A stretch of DNA of 63,848 bases, filler included, from Reclinomonas americana ATCC 50394 (taxonomy: Eukaryota): the NCBI GenBank assembly GCA_048213135.1. It is 5 parts of 3 records of this genome, joined end to end, with 100 filler letters (N's around TTAATTAATTAA, not from the genome) between each part and the next. Parts side by side here need not be neighbours in the genome. Positions count along the whole stretch, not along the records: positions 1 to 29,486 come from PS015121.1; 4 more parts are not named here. One strand, written 5' to 3'. The position numbers and the translations under genes are program-made. Shown here one piece after another: positions 1 to 12,923 of the stretch. The first letter of the stretch is position 1; the number at the start of each line of letters is the position of its first letter. The notes under the pieces were generated by a model, which saw only the letters and a list, made by a program, of their open reading frames with translations, was not told where the DNA came from and searched no databases.

Positions 1-692
1 CTTCACCGACATTACGGGCGGCGATGTGGTGGTGGCGGCGCAGCTGGCGGCGGCCTACAATGGCGACATTGAGATGGTGGATCTGTGGGTGGGCGGGCTG
101 GCGGAGCCGCATGTGGNNNNNNNNNNNNNNNNNNNNNNNNNNNNNNNNNNNNNNNNNNNNNNNNNNNNNNNNNNNNNNNNNNNNNNNNNNNNNNNNNNNN
201 NNNNNNNNNNNNNNNNNNNNNNNNNNNNNNNNNNNNNNNNNNNNNNNNNNNNNNNNNNNNNNNNNNNNNNNNNNNNNNNNNNNNNNNNNNNNNNNNNNNN
301 NNNNNNNNNNNNNNNNNNNNNNNNNNNNNNNNNNNNNNNNNNNNNNNNNNNNNNNNNNNNNNNNNNNNNNNNNNNNNNNNNNNNNNNNNNNNNNNNNNNN
401 NNNNNNNNNNNNNNNNNNNNNNNNNNNNNNNNNNNNNNNNNNNNNNNNNNNNNNNNNNNNNNNNNNNNNNNNNNTCGGTGGCATGGTCGGCGAGACGTTC
501 CGGGCGATCCTCGTGCAGCAGTTTGCGATGCTGAAGGCCGGCGATCGCTTCTTCTACGAGTGGCCGGGATCGCTGACGCAGTTTGAGCGCGACCTGGCAT
601 CGCGCCCTCTGGGCCGCATCATCGAGGACAACACGGGTGTGAGGTTCACGACGCACCAGGGCACCAGCATCATGTACCGCCCTCCACAGTAA
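1..692 (+). CDS. Animal-type heme peroxidase (peroxidase-cyclooxygenase superfamily), C-terminal part, interrupted by N gap
   Basis: YNGDIEMVDLWVGGLAEPH...GGMVGETFRAILVQQFAMLKAGDRFFYE matches the family motif DLxxGxLAE...GxTFxCI..QF..L+.GDRF+YE; TAA at 690-692. Confidence 0.85.
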   Translation, partial: SPTLRAAMWWWRRSWRRPTMATLRWWICGWAGWRSRMWXXXXXXXXXXXXXXXXXXXXXXXXXXXXXXXXXXXXXXXXXXXXXXXXXXXXXXXXXXXXXXXXXXXXXXXXXXXXXXXXXXXXXXXXXXXXXXXXXXXXXXXXXXXXXXXXXXXXXXXXGGMVGETFRAILVQQFAMLKAGDRFFYEWPGSLTQFERDLASRPLGRIIEDNTGVRFTTHQGTSIMYRPPQ

Positions 693-800
693 TCTCTCTC
701 TTGTGTCTGTCTCTCTGTTTATCGTGGTCGTAGTATCGCCAAATGAATTACAATTGTTACAGCAGTTACTGTATTCTCCATTCCTTGTTTACTTTTTCGA

Positions 801-3800
801 TTAGAGTCTTCGTGGGCGTGAGCGTGCGGCGTGCTCCTCCAGCATGGACAATGTGGTCAGCAGCTGTGAAGCCGACGGTCGTTTCGCCGCATTCTCGCTC
901 AAACAGACGGCCACCACTCGCCACATTTCGACACCGAGGGACGAGGGCCATTCGGTGACCGCTTCCTCATAGTCGGGTGGGTTGTCTGGGTCCTCGGCGA
1001 TCAGCTGCTTGACTCGTTCTGGCGCGGCCCCGGCCAACATCATGCGCCCCAGCACGAGACCGAATGCACTGGACCACAGAATAGATCGTCGGTGCTGCGT
1101 CAGCGATTCGAAAAGTGACAGACTGCACTGCACGGCAGACGCAACAACATGTCCACTGCAAACGACAATTTTCCAGAAGAGGCATACTCTGGATCAATGT
1201 ATGCTGCCGAGGAGACCATGTGCGCAGCTGCTACTGGCTGCAAGGACTGCAATGGAGCTGTCAGTTGAGTTACTTTTGCACAGGCGTGATGACGACTCAC
1301 GTGAGCAAGTGAGACACTGTCGGCGGCAACATCCAGTCGCGAGTGCGGCGGCAGTTGTACGGCCACTGTGCATGCGAGTTGTTGCTGTGAGAGTCACGGA
1401 GGCGATGCACTTCAAAGACCCATTGCGCAACATCCCAGGTTGGCCAGCACTGCCGATCCCGACGGCGAGATGAAGATGTTGACCGGCTGCAAGCATTCGT
1501 GACGTGAGTGCGTTGAAGATCAAAAAGTGCGCACACCTACTTGCCTTGATGTCACGATGTACGACACCGTTGCTGTCGACGGCAGAACACAATTGTCATC
1601 AGTCACAAAACTGTATTGCACTTCTCGTGATGCTGGAGGCACATCCGTACCTGTGCAGAAAAGCAAGACCCTTGCAGCATTGCACCATAATGTGCAACTT
1701 GTCGCGCACGTTCAGCATGTTCTCGTCGGCCAGCATGTGCTCGAGGTTGCGATCGCTGATGCTCTCAAGTTTAGTGGCACTCAGCAGTTAACTGCTACAT
1801 TGCGTCGACACTTACCGCACAGCCTTGAACACGAGGTACCGACGCTTGTTGTCCGTGGCCCACCCGAGCAGTCGAATAATGTAGGGGTGTCGCAGCTGAC
1901 CCAGCAGTTCGACCTGCACGTGCATCAGACAACCATGAGCTGGCGACATCACGCACACGCATGTTTGATGGCCGTCAAACCAACCTCACGATCAAATTCA
2001 GTTGCAGCCTTGTCAAGCGTTCGAATCGCCACAACACGTCCGCCGCGATTGTGCAGCTCACCACTATACCAATTGGATCCCTACAGTGCGACATGAACAA
2101 TCGCTGTCGTCCATCGTGCCCACACACTTTCTGTACGCACCACTCCAAGACGATTGCGGGACGAAAAGTCCGAGGTGGCCTCACGCAGCTCGCTCCACGC
2201 GTACTGCGCCAGCGCCATACCGCACATAGAAGAGCCGATGGATGAGTCACCGTCGCCAAACATGGCCGGCGACAGACTCTTCATCGTGTCACTGGTTGGT
2301 GGCTCGTCGGCATCACCATCTTCGTCATCATCGCCGCATGTGGACGGACTTCTGCTCGGCGCACTCCACGCAGGACTGGCGATGAGGCGACCGCGCGGCA
2401 CAGGACTTGCACCGCCGAGCACAGGGCTCACGCCACGCATGTCGACGCCGTTGGGAATGTTGGCCGCCATGCGCTCGCCACGTTCCCAGCGGCCCTCCCA
2501 CTTTTCGCCGCTCTGCGCAAAGTTGACAAGATTGAACAACGGGAATGACGTTCGCCACGCTGACCACAACTCTCCACGCCGCTCACCTTGTACGTGTACG
2601 TACCAGGTCCGTGGAACATACCGTCGCGGAATTCCTGCCACCAACAAGTCTTTGGTGAGATACGGTGAATTCAAAATCTTGATTGTCGCGCCACGCAACT
2701 CCGACATACACATCGCCGTTAGCAAAGCGCATGCAACCTGGTCCCCACGGGATGCCTTGCTTCCAGTCGCCCTTGTAGGTGCGTCCGTCCTTCCACACTT
2801 GCTCCCCGAAACCTGTCGGCCAACGTGATCAGTGATGAATGCTCCTCCAAGCACAGAGCATGCGCAGTACCTTCACGGACACCATGCTGCCAGTCACCAT
2901 TGTACTCCTCATCGTCTGCATTTCGGTACGTGCCGTGACCTGAACGCAACTGTGTCAGTATTTTAGCGAAACGTGTACGGTAATTGACTCGACATCATCA
3001 CACCGTGTCGAAGGCCGTCGTAGAACTCGCTGCGCAGCACGATAGAGTTCAGTGGATAGGCGTCGAGGAGAGATCGAGCATTGTAGGTGAGACGAACCCA
3101 GCGTAGCGACCACCGTCGGCCAGCGAGTGCGACCCGGTCCCATGAAACTTGTCGTCACGCCATTGCCCCTGATACAGTCTTCCGTCTGCACGCACAAGAA
3201 CAACATGAGAATGCAGACACATGCAGTGCTCTGGAAGGCAACACGTCAACACCAACCCGGCCACGTATGAGTTCCCTACACACACGCACAAATCAGTGCA
3301 CGGTTGCTTGCATGCACATCCTCGTTCACTCTCACGCAACGACGCCATCCATCTTGCCAAAGCGAAACTCGCCTACATACAGGCGACCATCGCGCCAGGT
3401 ATAGCTGCCCTCACCGTGGAACTCGTCTCCTCGGAAGCTGCCGTCGTACACATCACCGTTGGAGTGGCGCAGTATGCCTTTTCCGTGTCGCAAACCCTGT
3501 GTTGCAAAGACGCACGTGCGCAATCAGCACAGTTCCGATACGCTCTCTCTATCTATCTATCTATCTCTCTCTCTCTGTGTGTGTGTGTGTGCGTGACTGT
3601 CGGAGGCGTGCCAGCGGAACCAGACAAATATGCCACTCCAGAAAACAAAAACGCAACGTCGAGCATGGCGCCCGCGTATCGACTACCATCGCGGTACACC
3701 AGCTCCAAGTGCCGCCCGGTGAGTGCCCTGACTTGAACATCAGTCAGTGCCTCGCTGCGATCGGTGCCGCAGCCGCCGACGGTGACCACCGAGGTGTCGT

Positions 3801-3900
3801 CACTGAGAGCGTCTGAGGATCCGTCGCTGCCGGCCAGCGACGAAGGCGAGGCACTGCGTGTGTCATGACCTGCTGCTGACGCGGCGGTGGCGGTGGACAT
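801..3900 (-). CDS. MORN-repeat protein fused to an IRAK/RLK-Pelle-like (pseudo)kinase domain; multi-exon
   Basis: MORN repeats (GLRHGKGILRHSNGDVYDGSF, WRDGRLYVGEF, WKDGRTYKGDW), then YAWSELREATSDFSSRNRLG, VVAIR, LLGQLRHPYII, CKGLAFLH-SNGVVHRDIKPVNI, AYIDPEYASSGKLSFAVDMFAFGLVL, RPSA; ATG at 3900. Confidence 0.8.
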
Positions 3901-4131
3901 GGGTCTTGTCTTTTTTTCTCCTCTCGCCAGAAGCAAGAAATCGGAATTTTTGATCACAACGGTCGGTTTGTACATTTGTACACCCAAAAGACCGCCAGCG
4001 CCGCTGGTCTGCGTCCACAGCTCGTGCTCCGCCCGAGCGAACCCCGAGTAAGACTAATCCCGGTCTATCGTGGGCCCCGCGACACGCAGCGCTGCGGTTT
4101 GATAATTCTATGTTGCTCGTATCGCCGTAGG

Positions 4132-5580
4132 TCATGAATGCCCGTCGCCATGCAACAATCCGTCTCCTTTCCTTGACCGGGAGGACTCGTGAATCCCATC
4201 GGCAGCTGCGCGGCAGATTAAGTATCCAAGGAGAGAGAAGCTGCATTCACAAAAGCTGTTGCACAAACCGAGGAGTCCGGTAATGTGCGCTTGCAGGCGT
4301 GCTCCCAGGTGCTCCATACTGCGACGCAAATTTGCAAGCTCTTGCATGGTTTCTGGCAAGTAGCGACGGCGGTTCTGCGACGGTGGTAGCGATGAGAGAC
4401 GAGTACGGGAGGTGCGGGAGAAGGGGCGGTACGCAACTCCCTCGCGCAGCAGCATGGTGTACTCGGCGAGCATCGACTCGAGCATCAGCGCCGTCGAGTG
4501 CCCAAACTTGTCGAGGCGCCACGACTCGTCGCACAGCTTTGCATGCAACGCGACTGCCTGGCGCAAGTCGTCAGCGTGAGGGTGGAGTGTGCGGCGCAGA
4601 AGCGGACGAGCCTGCGCACATCGAGAGGTGAGCTGCAATGTATCATCTTGCTCCCGCCTGTGTGCGTTTGCTTCTCCTCACCTCCTCCTGCGCCGCGTCA
4701 AGCACAGCCTGGCCATTGTACGCCAGATCTCTGGAGACCTCGTACAGAATCACTCCAGGCAGGAATGGCGCATTGTGACCGAGTCGAGAAGCGGGAATGG
4801 CCGTGCGCAGCTCACCAACGCTGACGAGGTCGGGAAGCTGCAGACGCACCGCAAAGCGCCACTTGCAGATGAATTGATTGGTCCGTACGTGAGCATGCCT
4901 ACAACAGCAATGCTCAGTTACATCGTGACTGCCTCTACGTGCAAGAGGGAGACGCAACTGGTCACCCGTGTCCACATGCAGTTGAGCCTTGACGTCTCCT
5001 CCAGGCACCGAGTTGGACAGCGGCGGCCACGAAACGCCGTCCGGGAGTCGTATCTGCTGCTGATCGTCTGCACAAAAGAAGTACAACGTCGGAATACTGT
5101 GCTCGATTGCCATGGAGGAAAAAACTTCATGCACGCACCATTCTTCGACACTGGCCACTCGATGTGCATCGCGAGAACCCGTGGATGCTCGAGATCGGCT
5201 CGCGCCGACTCGGGGGCTGTCTCCTGAATGCTGACACACACGGCACGGGCGGCGTCAAGATTCGCACGCAGGGTCTCCTCGGGCGTCTTGCGCTCGGCAT
5301 GAAACAGTACTCCTCGCAGCACGAAATTCGGTGCCTCCTTGTTTGCTGGAGCCGACGGCACAGCTATCATCAAGAAAACTTGGCCGGGAGAGAAACGGAA
5401 TGAGGTGCGGCCATCGCGCGTCGCCCACTCGTCCAACTCCGCCCCCACGTGCACCTCGTGTGGACCAAGTGAATGGGTCACACGGGGACGGAAAGCCGAC
5501 GGCGGAGAGGAAGCAGCAGTGGGGTCGGCACTGGCGCCGGCACGCGTGTCGTCGACGAGTGTCTTCACGAAATAGTCCAT
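4132..5580 (-). CDS. Hypothetical protein, multi-exon (3' end uncertain)
   Basis: Coding-like ORF segments from MDYFVKTL... joined by GT-AG introns (e.g. GGA|GTTGCGT at 4437); no family recognised. Confidence 0.55.
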
Positions 5581-6952
5581 CGCTGTGCACGTGGAAACCA
5601 GCTCGGTTTGTTTCGCAATCATACCAAACCAACAGATCCGTCATGCCGGCATGATAACAACATACTGAATTCTTCCCCACCAAAGGCGAAGGCGAAGAGG
5701 AAAATTTGGGAAGTCCCCGACGCATGTCACGGGGGCAGTGGGAGCGAAGCCAGAGATGGAGAGAGCGAGAGAGGATCTAGTTGCTGTCTCTGACAACAAA
5801 ATGCAGCTGCAGTCGAAACATTGCCGGGAGTTGCCGGGTTTTTAACACTCGGGGGGCACAATAGGAGAGGGAGAGGAAGGGAGGGCAAGTAAGAGGTGAA
5901 AGAGAGAGGACAGGCAAGAAGACGGACAGACAGACAGACAGAGAGAGAGACAGAGCCAGATAGAGACATGAGCCAAAGTGATGACAAAATGGCATCGGAA
6001 AAATATAAGTCATGATGAGTCTCATCAACCGCGCTAACGACGAAAGCGCTTTCAGTGTGGAGGAGGCAATGAATGAGAGTGTGTGAGGAAGTGAGAGGGA
6101 GGCACAGGGAGGGGCGTTGATGGTTGACAACAGGGGAAATCTGGCCGACAACAAACATAATCCAGGCACTCTCCACCACACACGCGGACACGCACACACT
6201 TGCGTGTTGCACACACAGCAACCCCTCACTCTGCACCCTCTCTCACCCTCTCACCCTCTGCCCATGCCTCCTCAAACACGAGCACAAAGTCGAGGAAAAA
6301 AGATTACTCACCCGTGAGTGGCTTGTCAGGATGCAGACGCAGGGCAAGTACTAATTTGTGTAGCATCGCTGAGACGTGGGGGCAGAGGTTGTTGAGTGGT
6401 GAGAGGGCGGAAGCGAAAGCGCAGAGTCTCTGCGTGCGGGAAGGCGGCAAAGACAATTAGTTTGATGGATCTGCACTCGACGAAGCTGGCTTATACTGTA
6501 GCTTAACGCACCAGACAAGGAGCTCTGTTTAGTCGGGGTGGATGCAGCAGTGCTCGCTCGGAGGGATGCTCGCAGCGTATGTATCTCGCCGGAGCCATTC
6601 CTGACTGCAGTCACGATCAATTATAATTAATAATTATTGCGCTCGACGTCGCTACCATCAGCTGCAGTGAGCAAAGCTGAGTCGGGAAGGTCTAACAGTA
6701 GTGACAGCCTGCAGCTGTCTTGCATGCCTGTTGTCAAGTCTATTCCAGAACGCACGGCGACACGAATTAATTCGCGATCGAACGTCGACGTCGATCGCGA
6801 TCGGCCGCGGCAGATCTCCATTGTACGTTTCCATCCCTCCTCCTCTTATAGCACTCGAACCAGGCCCTGGCCTCTCGTAAGCTGTCCCGAGCGAGTCGTC
6901 CTCCTCCGTCAATATCAATCGTCTTAGTCGAGAATTCCGCCACAGTCTCTCC

Positions 6953-9900
6953 ATGAGCTCCCCACCTCGTCTGAGCGACTTGCCACTGCGCAAGGCACGT
7001 GCACACTTAACATGCACACTCTTCCACCTCTCTCTCTCTCTCTCTCTCTCTATCTCACACTATTGCATGNNNNNNNNNNNNNNNNNNNNNNNNNNNNNNN
7101 NNNNNNNNNNNNNNNNNNNNNNNNNNNNNNNNNNNNNNNNNNNNNNNNNNNNNNNNNNNNNNNNNNNNNNNNNNNNNNNNNNNNNNNNNNNNNNNNNNNN
7201 NNNNNNNNNNNNNNNNNNNNNNNNNNNNNNNNNNNNNNNNNNNNNNNNNNNNNNNNNNNNNNNNNNNNNNNNNNNNNNNNNNNNNNNNNNNNNNNNNNNN
7301 NNNNNNNNNNNNNNNNNNNNNNNNNNNNNNNNNNNNNNNNNNNNNNNNNNNNNNNNNNNNNNNNNNNNNNNNNNNNNNNNNNNNNNNNNNNNNNNNNNNN
7401 NNNNNNNNNNNNNNNNNNNNNNNNNNNNNNNNNNNNNNNNNNNNNNNNNNNNNNNNNNNNNNNNNNNNNNNNNNNNNNNNNNNNNNNNNNNNNNNNNNNN
7501 NNNNNNNNNNNNNNNNNNNNNNNNNNNNNNNNNNNNNNNNNNNNNNNNNNNNNNNNNNNNNNNNNNNNNNNNNNNNNNNNNNNNNNNNNNNNNNNNNNNN
7601 NNNNNNNNNNNNNNNNNNNNNNNNNNNNNNNNNNNNNNNNNNNNNNNNNNNNNNNNNNNNNNNNNNNNNNNNNNNNNNNNNNNNNNNNNNNNNNNNNNNN
7701 NNNNNNNNNNNNNNNNNNNNNNNNNNNNNNNNNNNNNNNNNNNNNNNNNNNNNNNNNNNNNNNNNNNNNNNNNNNNNNNNNNNNNNNNNNNNNNNNNNNN
7801 NNNNNNNNNNNNNNNNNNNNNNNNNNNNNNNNNNNNNNNNNNNNNNNNNNNNNNNNNNNNNNNNNNNNNNNNNNNNNNNNNNNNNNNNNNNNNNNNNNNN
7901 NNNNNNNNNNNNNNNNNNNNNNNNNNNNNNNNNNNNNNNNNNNNNNNNNNNNNNNNNNNNNNNNNNCGAGGCTCTCCTCGCAGCGCCCGACACTGTCGAC
8001 TTGTGCCGCTTGGATGCACGCAGTGTGCCACTTGTGCGCACATTGCATTTTGTGCATGCATGACGCACAAAATCCCCTCATCTTCTCGCTCTCTCTCTTC
8101 TCGCAGACCGATCGCGACATTTACTGCCTCGCCGAGGCGCTGCGTGTCAACGACAACATCCTTGGTCTCACACTGGAACAGAACGATGTGGCCACGTCAG
8201 GGTCGCGTCACTTGGCGCGCGCGCTGGAAGACAACCGCACTCTCCGTCGTCTCTCGCTGGCGCGCAATCCGCGACTGGAGAACGACGGTGTGGTGCTACT
8301 CATGCGTGCACTGCGTGCCAATCGATCGTTGCGCGTCTTGTCGCTGGAGGCCACTGGCATCACCCATGCATGTCTCGACGACGTGGCCGCTGCATTGACG
8401 GTCAATCGCGTGCTGCAAGAGCTCTCGCTGGCGCACAATCGGCTCGGGGCGAGTGCGTCGCGCTTTTCGCGACTGTGCGAGGCCGTGGCCATGAACGACT
8501 GCCTGTCGACCCTGTCGCTGGCCTATTGTGCGCTGGGTGACGAAGGTGCCACGGCGCTGGCGTCGGCCGCCTCTCGGTCCCTCTCGTTGCGCGAACTCGA
8601 CTTGAGTGGCAACGGCATCACTGACGCCGGTATGAATCGCTTGAGCGACTCGGTGGTGCGCTCCGACACACTGGTCAAGCTGTGGGTGCGCGACAACCTC
8701 ATCACCGACATTGGTGTGCGGTCCATCGCCAAGGCCATTAATCTGTTGCGTCGTCGTCGTGGTGGTGCTTCTGATATGAAGCTGTGGCACTGACATGCGC
8801 GACACGACAGCAATCGTTCGTTGCGTGAGGTGAACCTGAGCAACAACCGCTTCAGCGAGGATGGTGTGATGGTGCTGGCCGACGCGCTGGAGACCAACAA
8901 CACGCTGACAGTCATCGAGTTGGAGGGCATTGTACTCGGCCGTGTTGGTGGCAAGCGACTGGCCGAGATGCTGCAAGTGAACCGCACGTTGCGGCAGGTG
9001 GTCATTGATGTCAGCTCACTGACGCGCTCCGAGGTGAGGAGCGGGAAGGGAAACAATTCTTTGTTACTTCAACAATCAACTTAAGAGTCTTGTCGTCCTT
9101 CCCCTTCCCAGCTCGGCATCCTTCGCCAGTCGCTGGAGATGAACGCCACACTGGAGGACCTGGTGGTAACCGGCGAGTCCATGGCCTCGCCCGACTCCTC
9201 CACCTTCTCCGCCTTCCACAAGGTGCGCTACCGCGCGTCCGGCTCGGGCGACATGCTGGGACCGATTCCCATCACCATGACCTCGCCAACACCCACTGTC
9301 GCTGCTCTCCCGCCTCTCACCGCCGGCGCAATGAGTGGCCGCCGATCGCCGTCTCCGGTACGCGTGCCACCTCTCGACCAGGTGCCGATTCCGCCGCTGA
9401 GGCGCTCCACGGAACTCGGATCCTCCCGCCCATCGTCACCGGCGTCGACGTACATTTCGGGCGCTGGTGCACCACTCGGCTCACACCGTGTGCTTTCGTC
9501 GCCGCCGCCGGTGGTGCAGACGCCGTACTTTTCACTCAGCTCGGCCTCGTCGCTGACCACGGCGGCGGAGATTGAAATCCGTGATGTGCTGGCGCGCATG
9601 CAGAGCGAGCAGCGCGAGAACGGCAAGCGAATGGAGGTGCTACAGCGCGAACTCGACGTGGAGCGCGCTCAAAGTCGTGTGGCTTTCACGCAGTTGCAGC
9701 AGTCGCTTGATTTGTTGCGTGGCTCGTTTTGTCTCGAATGCAGGCAGAAGAAGCGCTCACCCTGTTTCAATAGGGAACGTGATCGAGTGGAACGACTGAG
9801 CAAGTCGAAGAATGAGCTGGAGGGGCGCGTGGTGGAGTTGGAAATGCGCTTGTCTCAAGAGCATTCGCGTCTGCTGGAGTTGCAAGAAAGCACGCGCTCC

Positions 9901-11217
9901 ACGGTGCACGACGTCGGCGCCTCGCGCAAGCAGCTGGAGGAGGAGCAGCGGCTGACCAAGCTTACGAACGAGATGGTGGTGCAGGTTCGTTTTGATGTTC
10001 TGCGTGTGCAAGAGGGCCACGGTATCGATCTCTCACTCTCTCTTCCCTCTATCTTTGGCCACCTTCCGCTGGCAGGAGCGTCTTCGCAGCCAGCAGCTGC
10101 AAGACGAGCTGGTCGCCTCACGTGAGACCGTGCGCCGCTACCAAGAGCGCATGGAGGCCTTTGTGTCGACGGCCGATAATCGCATTCACCGCCTGGAGGA
10201 CCAGCTGGTGTCGCACATGCAGGATCGGCAGAGTTTGTCGTCGGTACGGGCGGTCAGCAGCCGGGTATCTCGCTCAGGTTTCTGCCACCCACTCACCCTG
10301 TCCCTCACCAGGTGCAAGAAGATCGCTTGTTGTCCATGCTGCAGCAGCGCGTAAGTGATCTGAGTCGCGATATGAACTCCCGTGTGGATCGCGAACAGAG
10401 CGTCTCGCTGAGTCGCCTGCAGACGGTGGAGTCACGTGTCGATCGACTGGAGAGCGAGTATCATGTCACGGTGGACGACCTGTCGAGCCACCTGTCCAAT
10501 CTGCGCGAACACGTGCAGTCATTCATGGCTGAACAGCGAGCGTTGCGCGCTCTGCAAGCATCACGCGATGACGTGACGCGACTGGAGGACGAAGTGGTTC
10601 TCATCAAGAGCGAGTCGCTCGGTACACGCGAGGCTGTGCGAGCCGCACGTCAGGAGGACACGCGGCGCTTTGGCGAGTTGGAACGGCGTGTGGAGTCGGA
10701 GGTGCAGCGCATTGGCGAGGAGTCAAAGTGGTTGGAGGAGGAGGGCATTCGGGAACGAGTGGAGCATGAGCGACGCGTGCGTGAACTGCTGACAGATGTG
10801 GAGCGCAACGTGGAGCAGCGACTGCGTCTGCAGGCGGAGCTCGAGCGCAAGCACCTCGTGTCACAGCTCGAGTCGCAATTGTCGTCGATTGACTCGCGAG
10901 TGGCTATTGCGGAGCGGGTCTTCCAGCGACTGCAGCGATTCCTGGAAGGCGCTCGCGAGTACCCTGCGTCGACGGCCGCCGCCTCGGCCTCGTACACGCC
11001 AGCGGCGTCGTACGACTCGGGCGCCGTGTCGGAACGTCTCTCCAAGGTCTGTCGACTGCGTGCATTAATGCCTGCAACAACTTGTCGCACTGCGATGTCC
11101 TCACGTGCTGTTCGACAGGTGTCCAACGCGATGAAGCAGGAGCAGGCGGTCAACTTTTTCCTCCTGGAGGCCATTCGCAATTTTGGAGTGGATCGATCAC
11201 ACGATGACACTCGCTGA
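6953..11217 (+). CDS. RNI/NLRC3-like leucine-rich-repeat protein with long C-terminal coiled coil; 5' part spans N gap
   Basis: Repeats LAEALRVNDNILGLTLEQNDV, NRTLRRLSLARN, LRELDLSGNGITDAG, NNTLTVIELEG; E/R/Q-rich coiled coil 9570-11217; start at 6953 is tentative. Confidence 0.85.
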
Positions 11218-11340
11218 GGGTGTCTCGCCTTTTCCCTTGCATTGTAGCAACAGTCTCTCGCCATCATCAACAACAGCAACAACAAGAGCATCATCTTTTA
11301 TTAAACAAGGGGTGAGATCGAGATTATACACGGTGATTTT

Positions 11341-12825
11341 TTAGAACATGGATCGATTATCGGGCGAGGGACTGGGTGCGGGCGGTAGCAAGTCGTGCTG
11401 CTCACTCCGGTAGGGCACGGAAATGGTGGCCGACACTTTGGTGTACGGCAGGGTGGTGGTGGCGTCGGGCGCAGACGAGAGGGAGTCGTAGGCCGCATCT
11501 GCGGGCACCGAGCGGCGGTTCATGTCCATTTGCTGCAGGTGGGTCGGGCGGTATCGAATCCGCGGTGTATGCAGTAGCACCACCACGCCGAGACCAATCA
11601 GAGAGTACTGCCAGATGCAGCACACGGTTGAGCGTATCAGTGATACGAAGACGCAAAACAACTTGCGCACCACACAGTACAGCACGAAAATGTTGACAGA
11701 GTTGAACGCCCAGTCACTCTCGAGTGCTGTTGTACAGACATGAGCTACCACCACACGTCAGCGCACGGGCAAGAGCAGAAATGACGTACCGGAACCGAGG
11801 TAATTGATAATCAACAGAAACCCGGCAAGGGCAATCACCGACGAGAAGAATACCGTCTGGCAGCAGCAGCACACGAATGAGCACATCGCATGGCGCCCCT
11901 CTTCTTCTCACCACTCCGCCCACCCACCTTCCACAGCGCCTTCCGAATGAGCGGGTTGGGCGACCGATTCTTCAGCAGGTAATGCAACATGGTGATCACC
12001 GGCAACAGCAGGATGCACACGGCAGGCACGCCCACCACTGCCACCCACACATCCCACCGGGTGCACGACTCGGGCCGCGGCGTCGTCGCATCCGACGCCG
12101 CACAGTAGTACCCATTGAGGAACAGAAACAGGGCGAGCGCCACCAGCAGCACGCCACCCAGCAGCGCCGACCACAGCACCGACCGTCGCACCCGTCGCTC
12201 GTTGCGATCGGTGGCAGTCAGCGCCCAGAACACAAAGAACCAGTAGCAGAGGATGAGCAGGGCGTTGAAGCTGGTCGACGTCTGGTCCACCATCAGCACA
12301 GCTGCGCGCGGCCGGGGAGCATGAGGACGAGGCGGTGAAACGACAACTCAACACACTCCTGTACGAACGTGGCATGTCATAGATGTGCAGTGGGCACGGA
12401 AACTGACCGGCGCACGAGCGAGTGACCACAGCTGTTGTCAACAGGAGAGTGTGGTGAGAGAAGCGAGAAGACATTTTGTGGCAGGGAAATCAATGCAAAG
12501 CGGAGACCTGCACTCTGCACAGAAGCCGTGAATCGCAAAACCTGCAACGTGATGAACTGCTGATAGTTGTGTCTTTGCCAGCTCCTGTGAAGACGTACAG
12601 AGAGAGATGAGTGAGTTGTCACAACATCATGTCTGTCTGCTTCTCTTCGTTGGTGATTGAGAGGAGAGGAGTGGGTGGAGAGCGCGTGTGTGTGTGTGTG
12701 GTATGCAACTTTCTCGACTCGGAGGACCAAAACGCAATGACATGATACACAAAGGAGATGAGCAGTGACACACACGTGCAGCAAAAGATGGCACACGTGA
12801 TGCGAGAGATCTCGCATTGTGCCAT
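11341..12825 (-). CDS. Orphan multi-pass (about 7 TM) membrane protein, GPCR-like topology
   Basis: Spliced model MAQCEISRITCAIFCC...; about seven hydrophobic segments with Cys-containing loops and a polar C-terminal tail; TAA at 11341. Confidence 0.65.
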
Positions 12826-12923
12826 CCTCTCTCTCTCTCTCTCACGCACACACAGACCCTCTCTCCTTGCGTCTCTTACTGCACTGTAGAGAGGACACAA
12901 CAGGACCATTTTGATTGCATGTT

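Noticed and set aside
5708-5862. GGGAAGTCCCCG ... CTCGGGGGGCAC resembling RNase MRP P4 halves
   Set aside because: No GARAR P8 loop, the CR-V GGGGCU is absent, and CCCCG pairs locally with CGGGG near 5730
8745-8810. In-frame stops inside genes suggesting stop-codon reassignment
   Set aside because: All are explained by short GT-AG introns; TAA, TAG and TGA each terminate genes
12330-12420. PLHIYDMP resembling an exostosin (GT47) motif
   Set aside because: Sits in a loop of the multi-pass membrane protein; no other GT47 motifs
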